Assembly (NCBI GenBank): GCA_041690295.1
Contig: JAWLHR010000009.1
Coordinates: forward strand, 32,001 to 96,000
Reading direction: 5' to 3'
Length of the DNA: 64,000 nucleotides
Source: Bdellovibrionales bacterium
GTDB taxonomy: Bacteria; Bdellovibrionota; Bdellovibrionia; Bdellovibrionales; UBA1609
This document shows, one piece after another, positions 32,701 through 41,822 of the stretch. The first letter of the stretch is position 1. Each line of letters begins with the position of its first letter. The translations under genes and the position numbers were made by a program. The notes under the pieces are model-generated. The model was given only the letters and a program-made list of their open reading frames with translations, made no database searches and was not told the origin of the DNA.

Positions 32701-33573
32701 ATGCCGTTCCAGGAAGAAGCGATCAAGAACTACGAAGCCGCCATCGAGAAGGGCTACAGTCTCGAAGGTTACGGCGAAGGCTTGAAGATCGCCCAACGCG
32801 AACTCAATCGGTTGGCCAAGGACAAGTATCCTGACTACGGCGAGCGCGCGTACATCACTAAGATCACCGATTACCTCGGGCTCACCGAGGAAAAGGATCT
32901 CGCGCCTCACTTCCAGGCCAAGGATGAACGCGGATTGGTTGAGGCGGTGTCCAAGCGCCTTGGCAAGGACCAGAACGATCTGATGGCATTGAACGCTCTC
33001 GGGGTTTTCTATTACGAGCAGGGCAAATACGGATTGGCGCGGATTCTTTTCGCTCGCGCGCAGAAAGCCCATCCGAACGAGCCGGCCATCTATAATAATC
33101 AGGCGGTGATCCATCTCGCCGAGGGCAAATTGCGTCCGGCGATTCTCGCGCTGAGAAAAGCGGTCGAGTTGAAATCCAGTTACATGGTGGGCATGGCCAA
33201 TCTCGGTTCCATCTTCGTGGAATATAAAGACTACGGCCGCGCCGCTGACATGTTGGAAGCCGGCTACCGGGCGGTGAGATCCGACCTTCGTCGAGGCGGC
33301 GTCGGTCTGGAAGTGGCCAACAACTACGCGCTCGCTTTAATGGGTAGCGGTGAAGAAAAAAAGGCCAAAGGTATTTTCCAGGACATACTTAAGGCTGATA
33401 ATGGCAATGTGAACGCGCTGTTGAACTATTCGATTCTGCTGATTCACCGGTTGAAAGATAAAAAAGAGGGTGAAAAGCAGCTTAATCGCCTGCGGTTCAT
33501 CGGCGAGGACGGCGACCGGAGGATTCGTAAGGCGATCGAGGACATGGACAAAGCTCTAGCTGAGAATAACTAG
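29719..33573 (+). CDS. gltD: Large periplasmic TPR protein GltD/AgmU with a GltE/AglT-like C-terminal TPR block
   Basis: Signal peptide; RLAELY; many TPRs; lies upstream of gltF-gltG. Confidence 0.78.
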   Translation: MSARKVVISFFLFVVFAAAGAHAQEKRSRKTVGDLLKRIEKNAKAVKFSKGKTALPQFSKVQAAPVRRVDLYQVKPPSRSRLYYEEGTNEAELEKVTDQGIKQLYKLTQQFKTSKRRGELWLRLAELYVEKARLIEYRLQQKYDEQVQAYQAKKTKVRPKLNLKESQDYNRRAVQLYEWFLRDFPKDPKVDQALFFLGYNYFELNQPERGKEYYTRLTKEFPRSSYIEESNFALGEYYFEREQWKEALKHYAAVAANKRARLYSFALYKTAWCQYKTGAVKQALGSLERVIRAGRVAKGQQDSSAGGVSRIRLATEAQKDLVVFYAEAGTARGARSYFEEIAGAKATFGLLERLAYYYADTGNREGARLIFRDLIAERPNAPKAYDYQYQIVTMYTSTDKPEVFRAELYSWIQNYSPGSDWARANAKDKELVTRAYQLIETTLRNHILQQHQTAQNSRVPAAQKAAKQGYELYFQTVKEGQKLDEMHFFFAELLFDMKEYGPAMAHYNWVVENAPNSQYFEKSSLNTVLAAEKGLPQEADLKKMVGDSLEPFPFDKNVKNFQIAAERYMKNFPKGESVPAMKFKLGTLYYYHNQFGPALETFRAITKDYPKSQYAKYSANLILDVFNLTKDFKGLEQAGQEILANPDLAQGEIAEQVRGVLQRAGFKKGQDLEAAKDYQGAALAYEEFAKKNAGSDLAISASYNAAVNFERAGDLFKAIGMYAIVLADRNPKNEKLRTSSSQFIAALYEKTGQYKKAAEAFENYAAKNPKAPESVTFSYNAAIIRDGMNAYGQAIANYQRFLDRKKGPERWDAVFLMAQMQERRGNITKAQELYKQYLNAGPNNPSNLIEAAHAIAKIDARKGRKAEAEKGYRRVISLQKKLSTKENPVGASAAAECKYILVSKTFDELRAIRIPTNPKNQQAAVQKKLALLNRLKDQLKEVIQYDDGPMIVNSLALIGQAYQHMAAAIYAVPVPKGLDAEGLKQYKAGVDQIAMPFQEEAIKNYEAAIEKGYSLEGYGEGLKIAQRELNRLAKDKYPDYGERAYITKITDYLGLTEEKDLAPHFQAKDERGLVEAVSKRLGKDQNDLMALNALGVFYYEQGKYGLARILFARAQKAHPNEPAIYNNQAVIHLAEGKLRPAILALRKAVELKSSYMVGMANLGSIFVEYKDYGRAADMLEAGYRAVRSDLRRGGVGLEVANNYALALMGSGEEKKAKGIFQDILKADNGNVNALLNYSILLIHRLKDKKEGEKQLNRLRFIGEDGDRRIRKAIEDMDKALAENN

Positions 33574-33592
33574 ACCATAATGGAGACTTGCC

Positions 33593-33868
33593 GTGCGTGT
33601 AAAGACAGCTAAACTAATATCAACCGTGGTGATCTTCGGTGGATTCTGGGTGATCGCGCCGATGGCTTTCGCGCAATCCGGCGGAAAAAAAGAAACCCGA
33701 ATCGATTTTGAAGACGAGCTGGTTGAGGGTGAATTGAAAAAACCGGAGTTGTTTTATCTGTTGCAGAAGAAGCAATTCAACTTCAAACGCTTGATCAAAT
33801 TGCGCGAAGATTTTTTGCCGGAAATGAGAAGAGACGCTGACGAGGTCCGCAGGAGCAGGAGTAAGTAA
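33593..33868 (+). CDS. gltF: GltF/CglF-like small secreted protein
   Basis: Signal peptide; IDFEDELVEGELKKP; F..LIKLREDF.PEM. Confidence 0.8.
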   Translation: MRVKTAKLISTVVIFGGFWVIAPMAFAQSGGKKETRIDFEDELVEGELKKPELFYLLQKKQFNFKRLIKLREDFLPEMRRDADEVRRSRSK

Positions 33869-33869
33869 C

Positions 33870-35864
33870 TTGAAACAGCCCATCGTCCTCAGAATTTATA
33901 AAGGCGAAAAGCTCGAAGCCGTTCGGCAGTTCGAGGTGTCACAGATTGTAATTGGCCGCAACAGTGAGGCGCAACTCGAGTTGCAAGACGAGGGCGTTGC
34001 GCTTCTGCATGCGATGATCGAAAATCGCGACGGTGAATACTACATTTCCGATTTGGGATCGCCGTCGGGAACTTTCAAAAACGGCCAAAAAATTCTCGAA
34101 GACAAAATCAATTCCGGTGACTCCATCAACATCGGACCGTACCGGATCCAGTTTTTCGTCGGCGTCCCGAAACCCGCGGCGCCGCCCAAAGTGGCGCCTC
34201 CATCCGAAGTGAAACCGCCGGCGTCGGTGAATTTCACCATGGCCGTTCCCCAGGCGCCGCCGTCATTCGATGATGACGTGACGGAGCCGATCATTGACAT
34301 AAAAAAGACGATGGCCACACCGGCGCCCAAGCCGGCCCCCGCGCGAAGCGCGCATGGCGCGCCGAAGTCGGGCAAAAAATCGAAAAAGACATTCGCTCCG
34401 CCGAGTCCCTATAAGGATTTGAAGGAGATCATCAAACCTCACAAAGGTTCGGTGGTCGAGGTCATCGTGGCGTGGAAAGACCGCATTCTCTCTTCGTACC
34501 ATTTCAACCAGGCTGGCAGCGTGTTCATGAGTTCGGCCGAAGATGCGGACGTGATCGTGCCGATCATTTCTTCGCGAAGCAAATTCGAACTGCTCAAGAT
34601 CAGCGGCAATGTCGCGGTTTGTTTGACTCAGGAAATGTCCGGTGAACTCGTCCGTGACGGTGAAACCCTTTCGCTGAATGAACTCGCGCGGCAGGGCCGG
34701 ATTCGCGATGCCGGCAGCCATTTTGAATATGATCTGCGCCAGGGCGAAATGATCCGGATCGGTCTGCAAAACGATTTGATCTCCATTTACATCCGTTACG
34801 TCGCGGAAACGCCCAAGCCCTTGATCGCTCCGCTGCTGGACATGACCTCCAGCGAAGTGACGGGAGTCATTCTGGCGGTCGCCATCTCGGCGATTCTTGG
34901 TTTGTACATGAACATCTATACGCCGTCTCCGCTCCTGGAAGATGAAGCGAAGATCGATGAACCCATCCGCAAAGCCATTGTCGAGTTCAAACCGCGACCC
35001 AAAAAGATTGTTGAAACCGACATGGAAAAAAAAGAAACCAAGGTTGAACCTCAGCCGAAACCGGAAAAAGTCCGCACGTCGCCCAAAGCGGCCGTTGAGA
35101 CCAAGGGGGCTCCGGGAGCTCCGGGCGGAATTAAACCGAATCCGAATCTGAAGCAGAAACCGAACAAAGTCGTGGCCGCGACGCCACAGGGTAAGGCGAT
35201 TAAAACCGCGCCCAAAGAAGGCGCGAACATGAAGAGCGAAAAACCCGATCCGACCAAAATGGGTTTGCTCGGCGTCTTCGCGAACAAAGGAACTCAGTCG
35301 CAAATCAACAAAGCTTACTCGGGATCGGGCGAGTTGATCGGTACGGCGGCCAACGCCACCGGATACGCCGGAAACGCGGACAGCCGTGACGGCGACAATT
35401 TCGGATCGCGCCTTAAAGAGACCGGCAGCGGCCGCGGCAGCGGAACAGTCGGAATCGCCGGAGTGGGAACCAAAGGTCGCGGAACCGGCGGTACCGGTTA
35501 CGGTACGGGCGGAATCGGCACCAAAGGTTCGGTGCAGATCAATGTCGGCGGCCAGGAAGCGGATTTCTCCGGCGGTATGGATCGTGAGGCGATTCGTCGT
35601 GTGATCCGCGAACACATCCGTGAGATCCGGTCATGTTATGAGCGCGAACTTCAGAGATCACCCGACCTTTACGGCAAAATCGTGATCGAGTGGGACATCG
35701 AAGAGGCGGGCCGTGTGACCCGAGCCGGTGTGAAACGAAATGAACTTGGTAACGATGCGGTCGGAAATTGCATCGTGGCGCGACTTCGCACATGGCGCTT
35801 TCCGGATCCGCCAAAAGACCAGGTGGGCCGGGTTTCGTATCCGTTCGTGTTCAGTTCGCAATAG
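33870..35864 (+). CDS. gltG: GltG/PglI-like FHA-TM-TonB C-terminal protein
   Basis: N-terminal FHA; TM; Pro/Gly-rich linker; IRSCYEREL...C...WRFP.P...YPFVF. Confidence 0.85.
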   Translation: MKQPIVLRIYKGEKLEAVRQFEVSQIVIGRNSEAQLELQDEGVALLHAMIENRDGEYYISDLGSPSGTFKNGQKILEDKINSGDSINIGPYRIQFFVGVPKPAAPPKVAPPSEVKPPASVNFTMAVPQAPPSFDDDVTEPIIDIKKTMATPAPKPAPARSAHGAPKSGKKSKKTFAPPSPYKDLKEIIKPHKGSVVEVIVAWKDRILSSYHFNQAGSVFMSSAEDADVIVPIISSRSKFELLKISGNVAVCLTQEMSGELVRDGETLSLNELARQGRIRDAGSHFEYDLRQGEMIRIGLQNDLISIYIRYVAETPKPLIAPLLDMTSSEVTGVILAVAISAILGLYMNIYTPSPLLEDEAKIDEPIRKAIVEFKPRPKKIVETDMEKKETKVEPQPKPEKVRTSPKAAVETKGAPGAPGGIKPNPNLKQKPNKVVAATPQGKAIKTAPKEGANMKSEKPDPTKMGLLGVFANKGTQSQINKAYSGSGELIGTAANATGYAGNADSRDGDNFGSRLKETGSGRGSGTVGIAGVGTKGRGTGGTGYGTGGIGTKGSVQINVGGQEADFSGGMDREAIRRVIREHIREIRSCYERELQRSPDLYGKIVIEWDIEEAGRVTRAGVKRNELGNDAVGNCIVARLRTWRFPDPPKDQVGRVSYPFVFSSQ

Positions 35865-35919
35865 AGTTGGAATTTAAAATGGACCCCGGAAGGGTCCTTG
35901 CACAAACAGGGAGGGAGTC

Positions 35920-36621
35920 TTGGAACAGACAGTTAACAACGCGGCCATGGTCGGCGAGTTGGTCGATCGTTGCGCCGGTTACGGGAATTTCATAGCCAAA
36001 TCATTCTGTCAGGGTGGTCATGTGATGATCCTGATCGCGTTGATCGCGGTCTGTACGGTGTTCTTGATCATCAATCGTATCATGGCCTTGCAAAAACTGA
36101 CGGTTGATAAAAACAACATCACTGAGAATTTGTTCACGATGATCTTGCGCGGTGACATCCGCCAGGCCATCGCGTTTTGCGATTCACGGCCCACGCCGCT
36201 GACCAACACGCTGAAGGCTGGTTTGGTGCAAGTGATGAATCGTCGTCCTGACGAGGAGATCCAGGTGGCGATGGACGCCTCGGTGCTAAGGGAAACGCCA
36301 AAGCTCGAGGGTTGGACGTCCTTCCTCGCGGTCTTTGGTAACGTCGGGGTGCTTGTGGGTCTTATGGGAACCATTATCGGTCTGATCACCTCATTCGGTG
36401 GTGTGGCCAAAGCGGATGCCGCGACGAAGGCCGCCATGCTCTCGCAGGGGATTTCGGAAGCGTTGAACTGTACGGCGTTCGGTCTGTTGGTGGCGATCGT
36501 GGCCGTTGTGGCTTACGGTTTCTTCCAGATCCGGATCGGTCGCGCGATCAATGACATGCAAGAAAGCAGCATGACTTTGATGAACCTTGTGGTCGCGAAC
36601 AGGGATAAGATTAAGGATTAA
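35920..36621 (+). CDS. aglR: MotA/TolQ/ExbB proton channel (AglR-like)
   Basis: GLMGTIIGLI.SF, GISEAL..TAFGL. Confidence 0.88.
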   Translation: MEQTVNNAAMVGELVDRCAGYGNFIAKSFCQGGHVMILIALIAVCTVFLIINRIMALQKLTVDKNNITENLFTMILRGDIRQAIAFCDSRPTPLTNTLKAGLVQVMNRRPDEEIQVAMDASVLRETPKLEGWTSFLAVFGNVGVLVGLMGTIIGLITSFGGVAKADAATKAAMLSQGISEALNCTAFGLLVAIVAVVAYGFFQIRIGRAINDMQESSMTLMNLVVANRDKIKD

Positions 36622-36624
36622 AAA

Positions 36625-37104
36625 ATGGCTCACATTGAAGACGGCGGTGATGGTAAACGCAGCTCGAACGTGGACCTGAATCTGGTCCCGATCATCGACT
36701 TGATGTCGGTGTGTATCATCTTCTTGTTGATCACCGCGGTTTGGACTCAGGTATCGATGATCCAGATTGGCAGCTCGATGTACGGAAAGAAGACCAATCC
36801 GGACCAGCAAGCGGAACCGCCGCCCAAGGCCGAGATACCCTTCCGTCTCGATGTCTTGAAGGACGGCTACCGCGTCTTGATCGGCAGCCAGCAAAAGCGG
36901 TTTCCGAAAGTCGGGGGTCAGTATGATCACGACCGCCTGGTCAAAGAGTTGAAAGCCATTAAGGAACTTTATCCCGAAAAGGGAGATTGCGTGATTACCG
37001 TCAGCGATGAGCTGCCGTATGAAACATTGATCGGTGGAATGGACGCCCTGCTCATCGCGGGGTTTCCTGAAATCTCGGTGGCGACGGGCGGAAGCGCCCC
37101 TTAA
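36625..37104 (+). CDS. aglQ: ExbD/TolR protein (AglQ-like)
   Basis: LNLVPIIDLM with the conserved TM Asp. Confidence 0.82.
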   Translation: MAHIEDGGDGKRSSNVDLNLVPIIDLMSVCIIFLLITAVWTQVSMIQIGSSMYGKKTNPDQQAEPPPKAEIPFRLDVLKDGYRVLIGSQQKRFPKVGGQYDHDRLVKELKAIKELYPEKGDCVITVSDELPYETLIGGMDALLIAGFPEISVATGGSAP

Positions 37105-37116
37105 GGAGTTTACGTT

Positions 37117-37707
37117 ATGGCGATTTACACACCTGGATTGCGCAAACACGGTCGTTTCGCCTCAGGCGGCGGAAAACGAACCGCCGTGGTTATGCTCAAC
37201 ATGACCGCGATGGTCGACATGTTCACGGTGTTGTGCGTGTTCCTTCTTCAGAACTACGCCACGACCAACCAGGTTTTGCCTCTTCCCGACAAAGTGAACC
37301 TGCCTCAGGCCACCGAGGTGAAAGAGTTGAAGCCGTCGAATGTGGTGATCATCGGCACCGACGGCATCATGCTCAACAATTTCCGCGTCGCGGATTTTCG
37401 CACGGTGAAGGAACAGGAAGACTGGTTGATTCAGCCGTTGTTGGATCAGATCGCCAAGGCCGTCGAAGAGGGTGAGAGAAAAAAGAAATCGCTTGGCAAC
37501 CAGGTTTCGAAAGCGGTTCAGCAGGCGCGAGTCGGTGAGAAAGCGCCGCCCCCCGAGGTTGATGATTTCCGCAAGATCACCATCCAAAGTGATAAAGACA
37601 TCGATTTCCTGACGGTTAAGAAAGTCATGTACACCGTGACCGAAGCGGGAATGCAGGAAATCAATTTCGCTGTTCTCAAGAAGCGTGACGAAACTACGCC
37701 GCTTTAA
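37117..37707 (+). CDS. aglS: ExbD/TolR protein (AglS-like)
   Basis: LNMTAMVDMFTVL..FLL, IQSDK.IDF..VKKVMYT. Confidence 0.82.
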   Translation: MAIYTPGLRKHGRFASGGGKRTAVVMLNMTAMVDMFTVLCVFLLQNYATTNQVLPLPDKVNLPQATEVKELKPSNVVIIGTDGIMLNNFRVADFRTVKEQEDWLIQPLLDQIAKAVEEGERKKKSLGNQVSKAVQQARVGEKAPPPEVDDFRKITIQSDKDIDFLTVKKVMYTVTEAGMQEINFAVLKKRDETTPL

Positions 37708-38395
37708 GCACGAAGCGCGTGTGGCTTTGCCGCACGTAAGAAATGATCGAACTCTTGCTCTCTGAATTCAGATTGGTGAATTTCAATCCCGTGATACCGC
37801 CCGCGACATATCGCACATCGGCTTTCACATGAATGGGCGCATGAAAAACCGAACTCTGAATTTCCACTGAGACATTCATCCCGGGGCTGACGCCGGAATC
37901 CAGCACCACACCCATGCCGCCCTCGCTGATCGTCAAGGCTTGCGCCGTTATTGTGGTTTCCTGAGTGCGGATGATGACTTTGCCGTCGAGATCGGCGCGC
38001 GGGTAAACCCGTTTGTTCACCCCAATGGACGAAAGAATGTCATGGAATTCGAAAATCGAAACCCACTCCTTCATTCCTTTGGTCCATAACAGCACGTCGC
38101 TGGTGGATTCCATTTTGACCAATTCATCAATCAGTTGGTCTCTTGAAAACGGTCCGAAGGAGGCACCGTTCAGAGCGTAATGCCAGATTTCCTTCGGCGG
38201 CTCGACCGCGACGATATCAGTGAGAGTCGCGCCTTCATTGGACCACCAGCCCAAATTCCGCCAGTGCTCCATGCCCGCGCCCCATATTAAATGACGCGAA
38301 GTCAACCGCCCGCTATGCAGACGTGTCCTCACCTCTTCCGCGGAGAGCGGACCCTCGATCCGATCATCTACTTGGACGAACCAATTCACTGCCAT
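37694..38395 (-). CDS. Tandem GYF_2 plus PilZ domain protein
   Basis: Two W...GP.S...W..GM..W repeats; RVYPR and TISEGG; GLKF. Confidence 0.82.
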   Translation of the reverse strand: MAVNWFVQVDDRIEGPLSAEEVRTRLHSGRLTSRHLIWGAGMEHWRNLGWWSNEGATLTDIVAVEPPKEIWHYALNGASFGPFSRDQLIDELVKMESTSDVLLWTKGMKEWVSIFEFHDILSSIGVNKRVYPRADLDGKVIIRTQETTITAQALTISEGGMGVVLDSGVSPGMNVSVEIQSSVFHAPIHVKADVRYVAGGITGLKFTNLNSESKSSIISYVRQSHTRFVLKAA

Positions 38396-38404
38396 TGTCC
38401 AGAT

Positions 38405-38432
38405 TAATCGGACGTTTCATCGTCAGACTGTA
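38405..38432 (-). promoter_or_regulatory. sigma28-like promoter TACAG-N15-TCCGATTA
   Basis: Same spacing as the other sites; 9 nt before ATG38395. Confidence 0.5.
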
Positions 38433-38549
38433 GAGAATCAATCTTGACAGACGATTTCTCATATTGAGACATGGCCTAAAATTAGAACAACAAGCAAAAT
38501 CTATGCTAATAGGTAAGCTGTTCCGTGTTAAAATGGTTTAAGGAGAGCC

Positions 38550-39545
38550 ATGCATAACCGTGTCGTGCAAATCGCCCTGAGTGCAGCCTTTTTATTGCTG
38601 CTCATACAAGTGGTTCTCGTGGCTCCAAGCCAAATCAGGGACATTAAGGACGCGGAGCAGAAGGCGAGTCTTTGGGCCTCGCCACCGACCGTCAATACGA
38701 ATTCGGAAGTCGATCAGAGCATGAACGGCATGCACATGATCGAAACCCATGACGGAAAAAAGGAGTGGGAGCTTTGGGCGGACAAGGCCCGGAGTCTGAA
38801 AGCGAAGGAGATTTTGGAATTGGAAGCCGTAAAAGCCGTGTTCTTTTCGGAATCAGGCGTGACCTTTACGGTCACGGGCAAAACCGGCCGGGTGGAAACC
38901 AAAACCAAAAACCTGCGTGTGGACGGTGATGTGGTGACCCGATCAAGTAATGGCTACACATATAAAACTCAGACCGTGGAATACGATTCCGCCACGCGCC
39001 GGATTTTAGGACCGGGTACGGTGGAGATGATCGGTCCACGTGATGTTAACGCCGCTTCACTCTATCTGACCGGAATCGGGCTTGATGCCAGCTTGGACGA
39101 GTCGACCATGGAAGTGCAGCGCGAGGTTCGCGCCTCCAAAGTTATGGATAACGGCAAGACCGCGCACATCAAAAGTCACCGGGCGCGTTTCAACGCCAAG
39201 GATCGCGTGGCATTATTTTATGGTGATGTGATTCTTGATGTCGAAAATATGCGCATTACGGGTCCGGAAGCCAAATTTGAGTATGACGGCGGCGCGGATC
39301 AGTTAAAATCAGTTTTGTTTACCGGTGGCGCCAAGGTCAGTGATATTGACAAATGGGCGACCGCGCAGAATGTGAAGGTGGACTTTGACCGTAACCGATT
39401 CATCTTTCGTGGCAGCCCCCGGCTGGTGCAGAACAATGATGAATTGCGCGGTGAGGAGATCATATTTTTGGACGGCGGCAAGCGCGTACAGGTCCAGGGC
39501 GCGCGCGCCAAAGTGGATGAGAAACGATTGGAGAAAGTGAATTGA
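38550..39545 (+). CDS. lptC: LPS export periplasmic protein, LptC-LptA fusion
   Basis: N-terminal TM; WEL.A..A LptC jellyroll followed by a second OstA-like jellyroll; precedes lptB. Confidence 0.78.
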   Translation: MHNRVVQIALSAAFLLLLIQVVLVAPSQIRDIKDAEQKASLWASPPTVNTNSEVDQSMNGMHMIETHDGKKEWELWADKARSLKAKEILELEAVKAVFFSESGVTFTVTGKTGRVETKTKNLRVDGDVVTRSSNGYTYKTQTVEYDSATRRILGPGTVEMIGPRDVNAASLYLTGIGLDASLDESTMEVQREVRASKVMDNGKTAHIKSHRARFNAKDRVALFYGDVILDVENMRITGPEAKFEYDGGADQLKSVLFTGGAKVSDIDKWATAQNVKVDFDRNRFIFRGSPRLVQNNDELRGEEIIFLDGGKRVQVQGARAKVDEKRLEKVN

Positions 39546-40264
39546 GCCGTTTGGTCGTGCGCAACGTCAGTAAGAAATTCAAGCAACGGCAAGTTGTCCG
39601 TAATGTTTCGTTTGAAATCGAATCCGGACAGGTTGTCGGCCTGTTGGGTCCCAACGGCGCCGGCAAAACCACGAGCTTTTATATGGTGGTGGGCTTGTTA
39701 ACACCGGACGAGGGTGATGTGGAATTGGATTCCCAATTGATCGGACGGTTGCCCATGTATAAGCGCGCCCGCAAGGGTTTGAGCTACCTCCCGCAGGAGC
39801 CAAGCATTTTCCGCCGCCTGACGGTGGCGGAGAATATCCAGGTGGCGCTCGATGCCCAGGATCTTTCTCCGTCGGAGCGCTCCGAGCGTCTTGAATCGCT
39901 GCTCGAGGAATTCCACATTCAACATATTCGTGACAGTTACGGATACGCGCTTTCGGGCGGTGAGCGAAGAAGGGTGGAAATCGCCCGGTCGCTCGCGGGC
40001 AATCCCAAATTTTTGCTTCTCGACGAACCGTTCGCGGGGATTGATCCGATCGCCGTCGGTGATATTCAGGAGATCGTGCGGAAATTGAAGGCCAAAGGGA
40101 TCGGCGTGTTGATCACCGACCACAATGTGCGCGAAACGCTGGGCATTTGTGACCGGGCCCATATATTAAAAGACGGACAAATCGAAGTCGCGGGAACGGC
40201 GGAGGAAGTCACCGCTTCGCCGATCGCCCGGAAATTTTATCTGGGCGAGAATTTTAGACTTTAG
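39542..40264 (+). CDS. lptB: LPS export ABC ATPase
   Basis: [49 protein letters not shown]. Confidence 0.96.
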   Translation: MSRLVVRNVSKKFKQRQVVRNVSFEIESGQVVGLLGPNGAGKTTSFYMVVGLLTPDEGDVELDSQLIGRLPMYKRARKGLSYLPQEPSIFRRLTVAENIQVALDAQDLSPSERSERLESLLEEFHIQHIRDSYGYALSGGERRRVEIARSLAGNPKFLLLDEPFAGIDPIAVGDIQEIVRKLKAKGIGVLITDHNVRETLGICDRAHILKDGQIEVAGTAEEVTASPIARKFYLGENFRL

Positions 40265-40282
40265 GCGTAAGGAGTTTCAGCC

Positions 40283-41722
40283 ATGGCCATGCAACTTAAA
40301 ACCAGTTTGAAGCTTTCGCAGCAGTTAAGAATGACACCGCAACTGCAGCAGGCGATCAAATTGCTGCAACTTTCGCGCTTGGAACTTGAGGGCGCCATTC
40401 GTAAGGAACTCGAAGAAAACCCGGTCCTCGAGGAAATCACCGAAGTCGTTGAAGACGAGAGTCCCGCCACGAAGGCGGAAACCGCCGCTCCCGAAGCTTC
40501 CGATGCGCCGGAGGGACAGTCCGCCTCCGACCCCCGTCAGGATGATTTCGAGTGGGAAAATTACGTCGACACCAATTACAAACCTCCGCAAGGACCGGTC
40601 GGCGGCACTGACGAAATCATGAACTACGAAAACCTGATTTCGACCACGACTTCGCTGCACGACCACCTGATGTGGCAAATGGGCCTTGGCGGATTCAACG
40701 AAGAGGAACAGAACCTTCTCGCCATTCTCATCTCCTATGTGGATGAGGACGGCTACATCAAGACTCCGCTCGAGGAGATCGCCAAGGAAGAAGAGGTCGA
40801 CGCCAAAGATCTCGAAGAAATGCTGCCGTTTCTGCACGAATTCGATCCCGCCGGCGTCGGCGCGCGCGATCTTAAGGAGTGTTTGTTGATTCAGGCCCGC
40901 CATCTCGAAGAAGACACCCACGACCTGGTCAAACTCCTGAATGATCACATCAAAGATCTGGAAAAGAAAAATTACGCGGGCATCGCCAAGGCCATGAATC
41001 TGCCCATGGAGGATGTGATCGAGATGTGCAAAATCATCTATTCCATGGATCCCAAGCCCGGGCGCATGTACATGCCGCAGGACACGCAATTCGTGACTCC
41101 CGACGTGTACGTCTACAAAGTTGGAGATGAGTACATGGTGGCCCTCAACGAAGACGGCTTGCCCCGGCTTCGTATTTCCAATCTTTATAAGAACATTTTG
41201 AAAGGCGATCAGGCGACCGGCGCCGAGAACGCGCAAAATTACATTCAGGACAAATTGCGTTCCGCGGTCTGGCTGATCAAGTCCATCCATCAACGTCAGC
41301 GCACGATCTACAAGGTGACCGAAAGTATCGTGAAGCACCAGCAGGACTTTTTTGAAAAAGGACCTGGTTTTATTAAGCCGATGATTCTGCGGGATATCGC
41401 CAATGACATCGGCATGCACGAGTCCACCGTCAGCCGCGTGACCACCAACAAGTACGTGCATACGCCGCGGGGGATTTTCGAGTTGAAATACTTCTTCAAT
41501 TCGGGAATCAGCAAAACCGATGGCGATTCTTTGGCCAGTGAATCCGTTAAACTGAAGATCAAGAATCTGGTCAGTGACGAGGATCCGAAGAATCCGTTGT
41601 CCGATCAAAAGATCGTTGAACTCTTGAAGCGCGATGGAATTCAAATCGCCCGGAGAACAGTCGCCAAGTATCGGGACATGCTTAAGATCCTTCCCTCATC
41701 CAAGCGCAAGAAAATGTTCTAG
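40283..41722 (+). CDS. rpoN: RNA polymerase sigma-54 factor
   Basis: MTPQLQQAIKLLQL, HESTVSR, RpoN box ARRTVAKYR. Confidence 0.98.
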   Translation: MAMQLKTSLKLSQQLRMTPQLQQAIKLLQLSRLELEGAIRKELEENPVLEEITEVVEDESPATKAETAAPEASDAPEGQSASDPRQDDFEWENYVDTNYKPPQGPVGGTDEIMNYENLISTTTSLHDHLMWQMGLGGFNEEEQNLLAILISYVDEDGYIKTPLEEIAKEEEVDAKDLEEMLPFLHEFDPAGVGARDLKECLLIQARHLEEDTHDLVKLLNDHIKDLEKKNYAGIAKAMNLPMEDVIEMCKIIYSMDPKPGRMYMPQDTQFVTPDVYVYKVGDEYMVALNEDGLPRLRISNLYKNILKGDQATGAENAQNYIQDKLRSAVWLIKSIHQRQRTIYKVTESIVKHQQDFFEKGPGFIKPMILRDIANDIGMHESTVSRVTTNKYVHTPRGIFELKYFFNSGISKTDGDSLASESVKLKIKNLVSDEDPKNPLSDQKIVELLKRDGIQIARRTVAKYRDMLKILPSSKRKKMF

Positions 41723-41792
41723 TGCCGGGGCGGGATTCGTTCAATTTCGCCACGCCGTTTTGCCGTAAGTAGATTCAGTTGAGGTCAACGCC

Positions 41793-41808
41793 CGGTATCC
41801 AGTTTGCT
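41793..41808 (+). promoter_or_regulatory. sigma54-type promoter CGGTAT-N5-TTGCT
   Basis: GG at 41794-41795 and GC at 41806-41807; ATG41823 follows. Confidence 0.5.
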
Positions 41809-41822
41809 TGCGGCATGAAAGA

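Noticed and set aside
35420..35530. Gly/Thr repeats in GltG
   Set aside because: Ordinary low-complexity linker of this family, not a DNA repeat element
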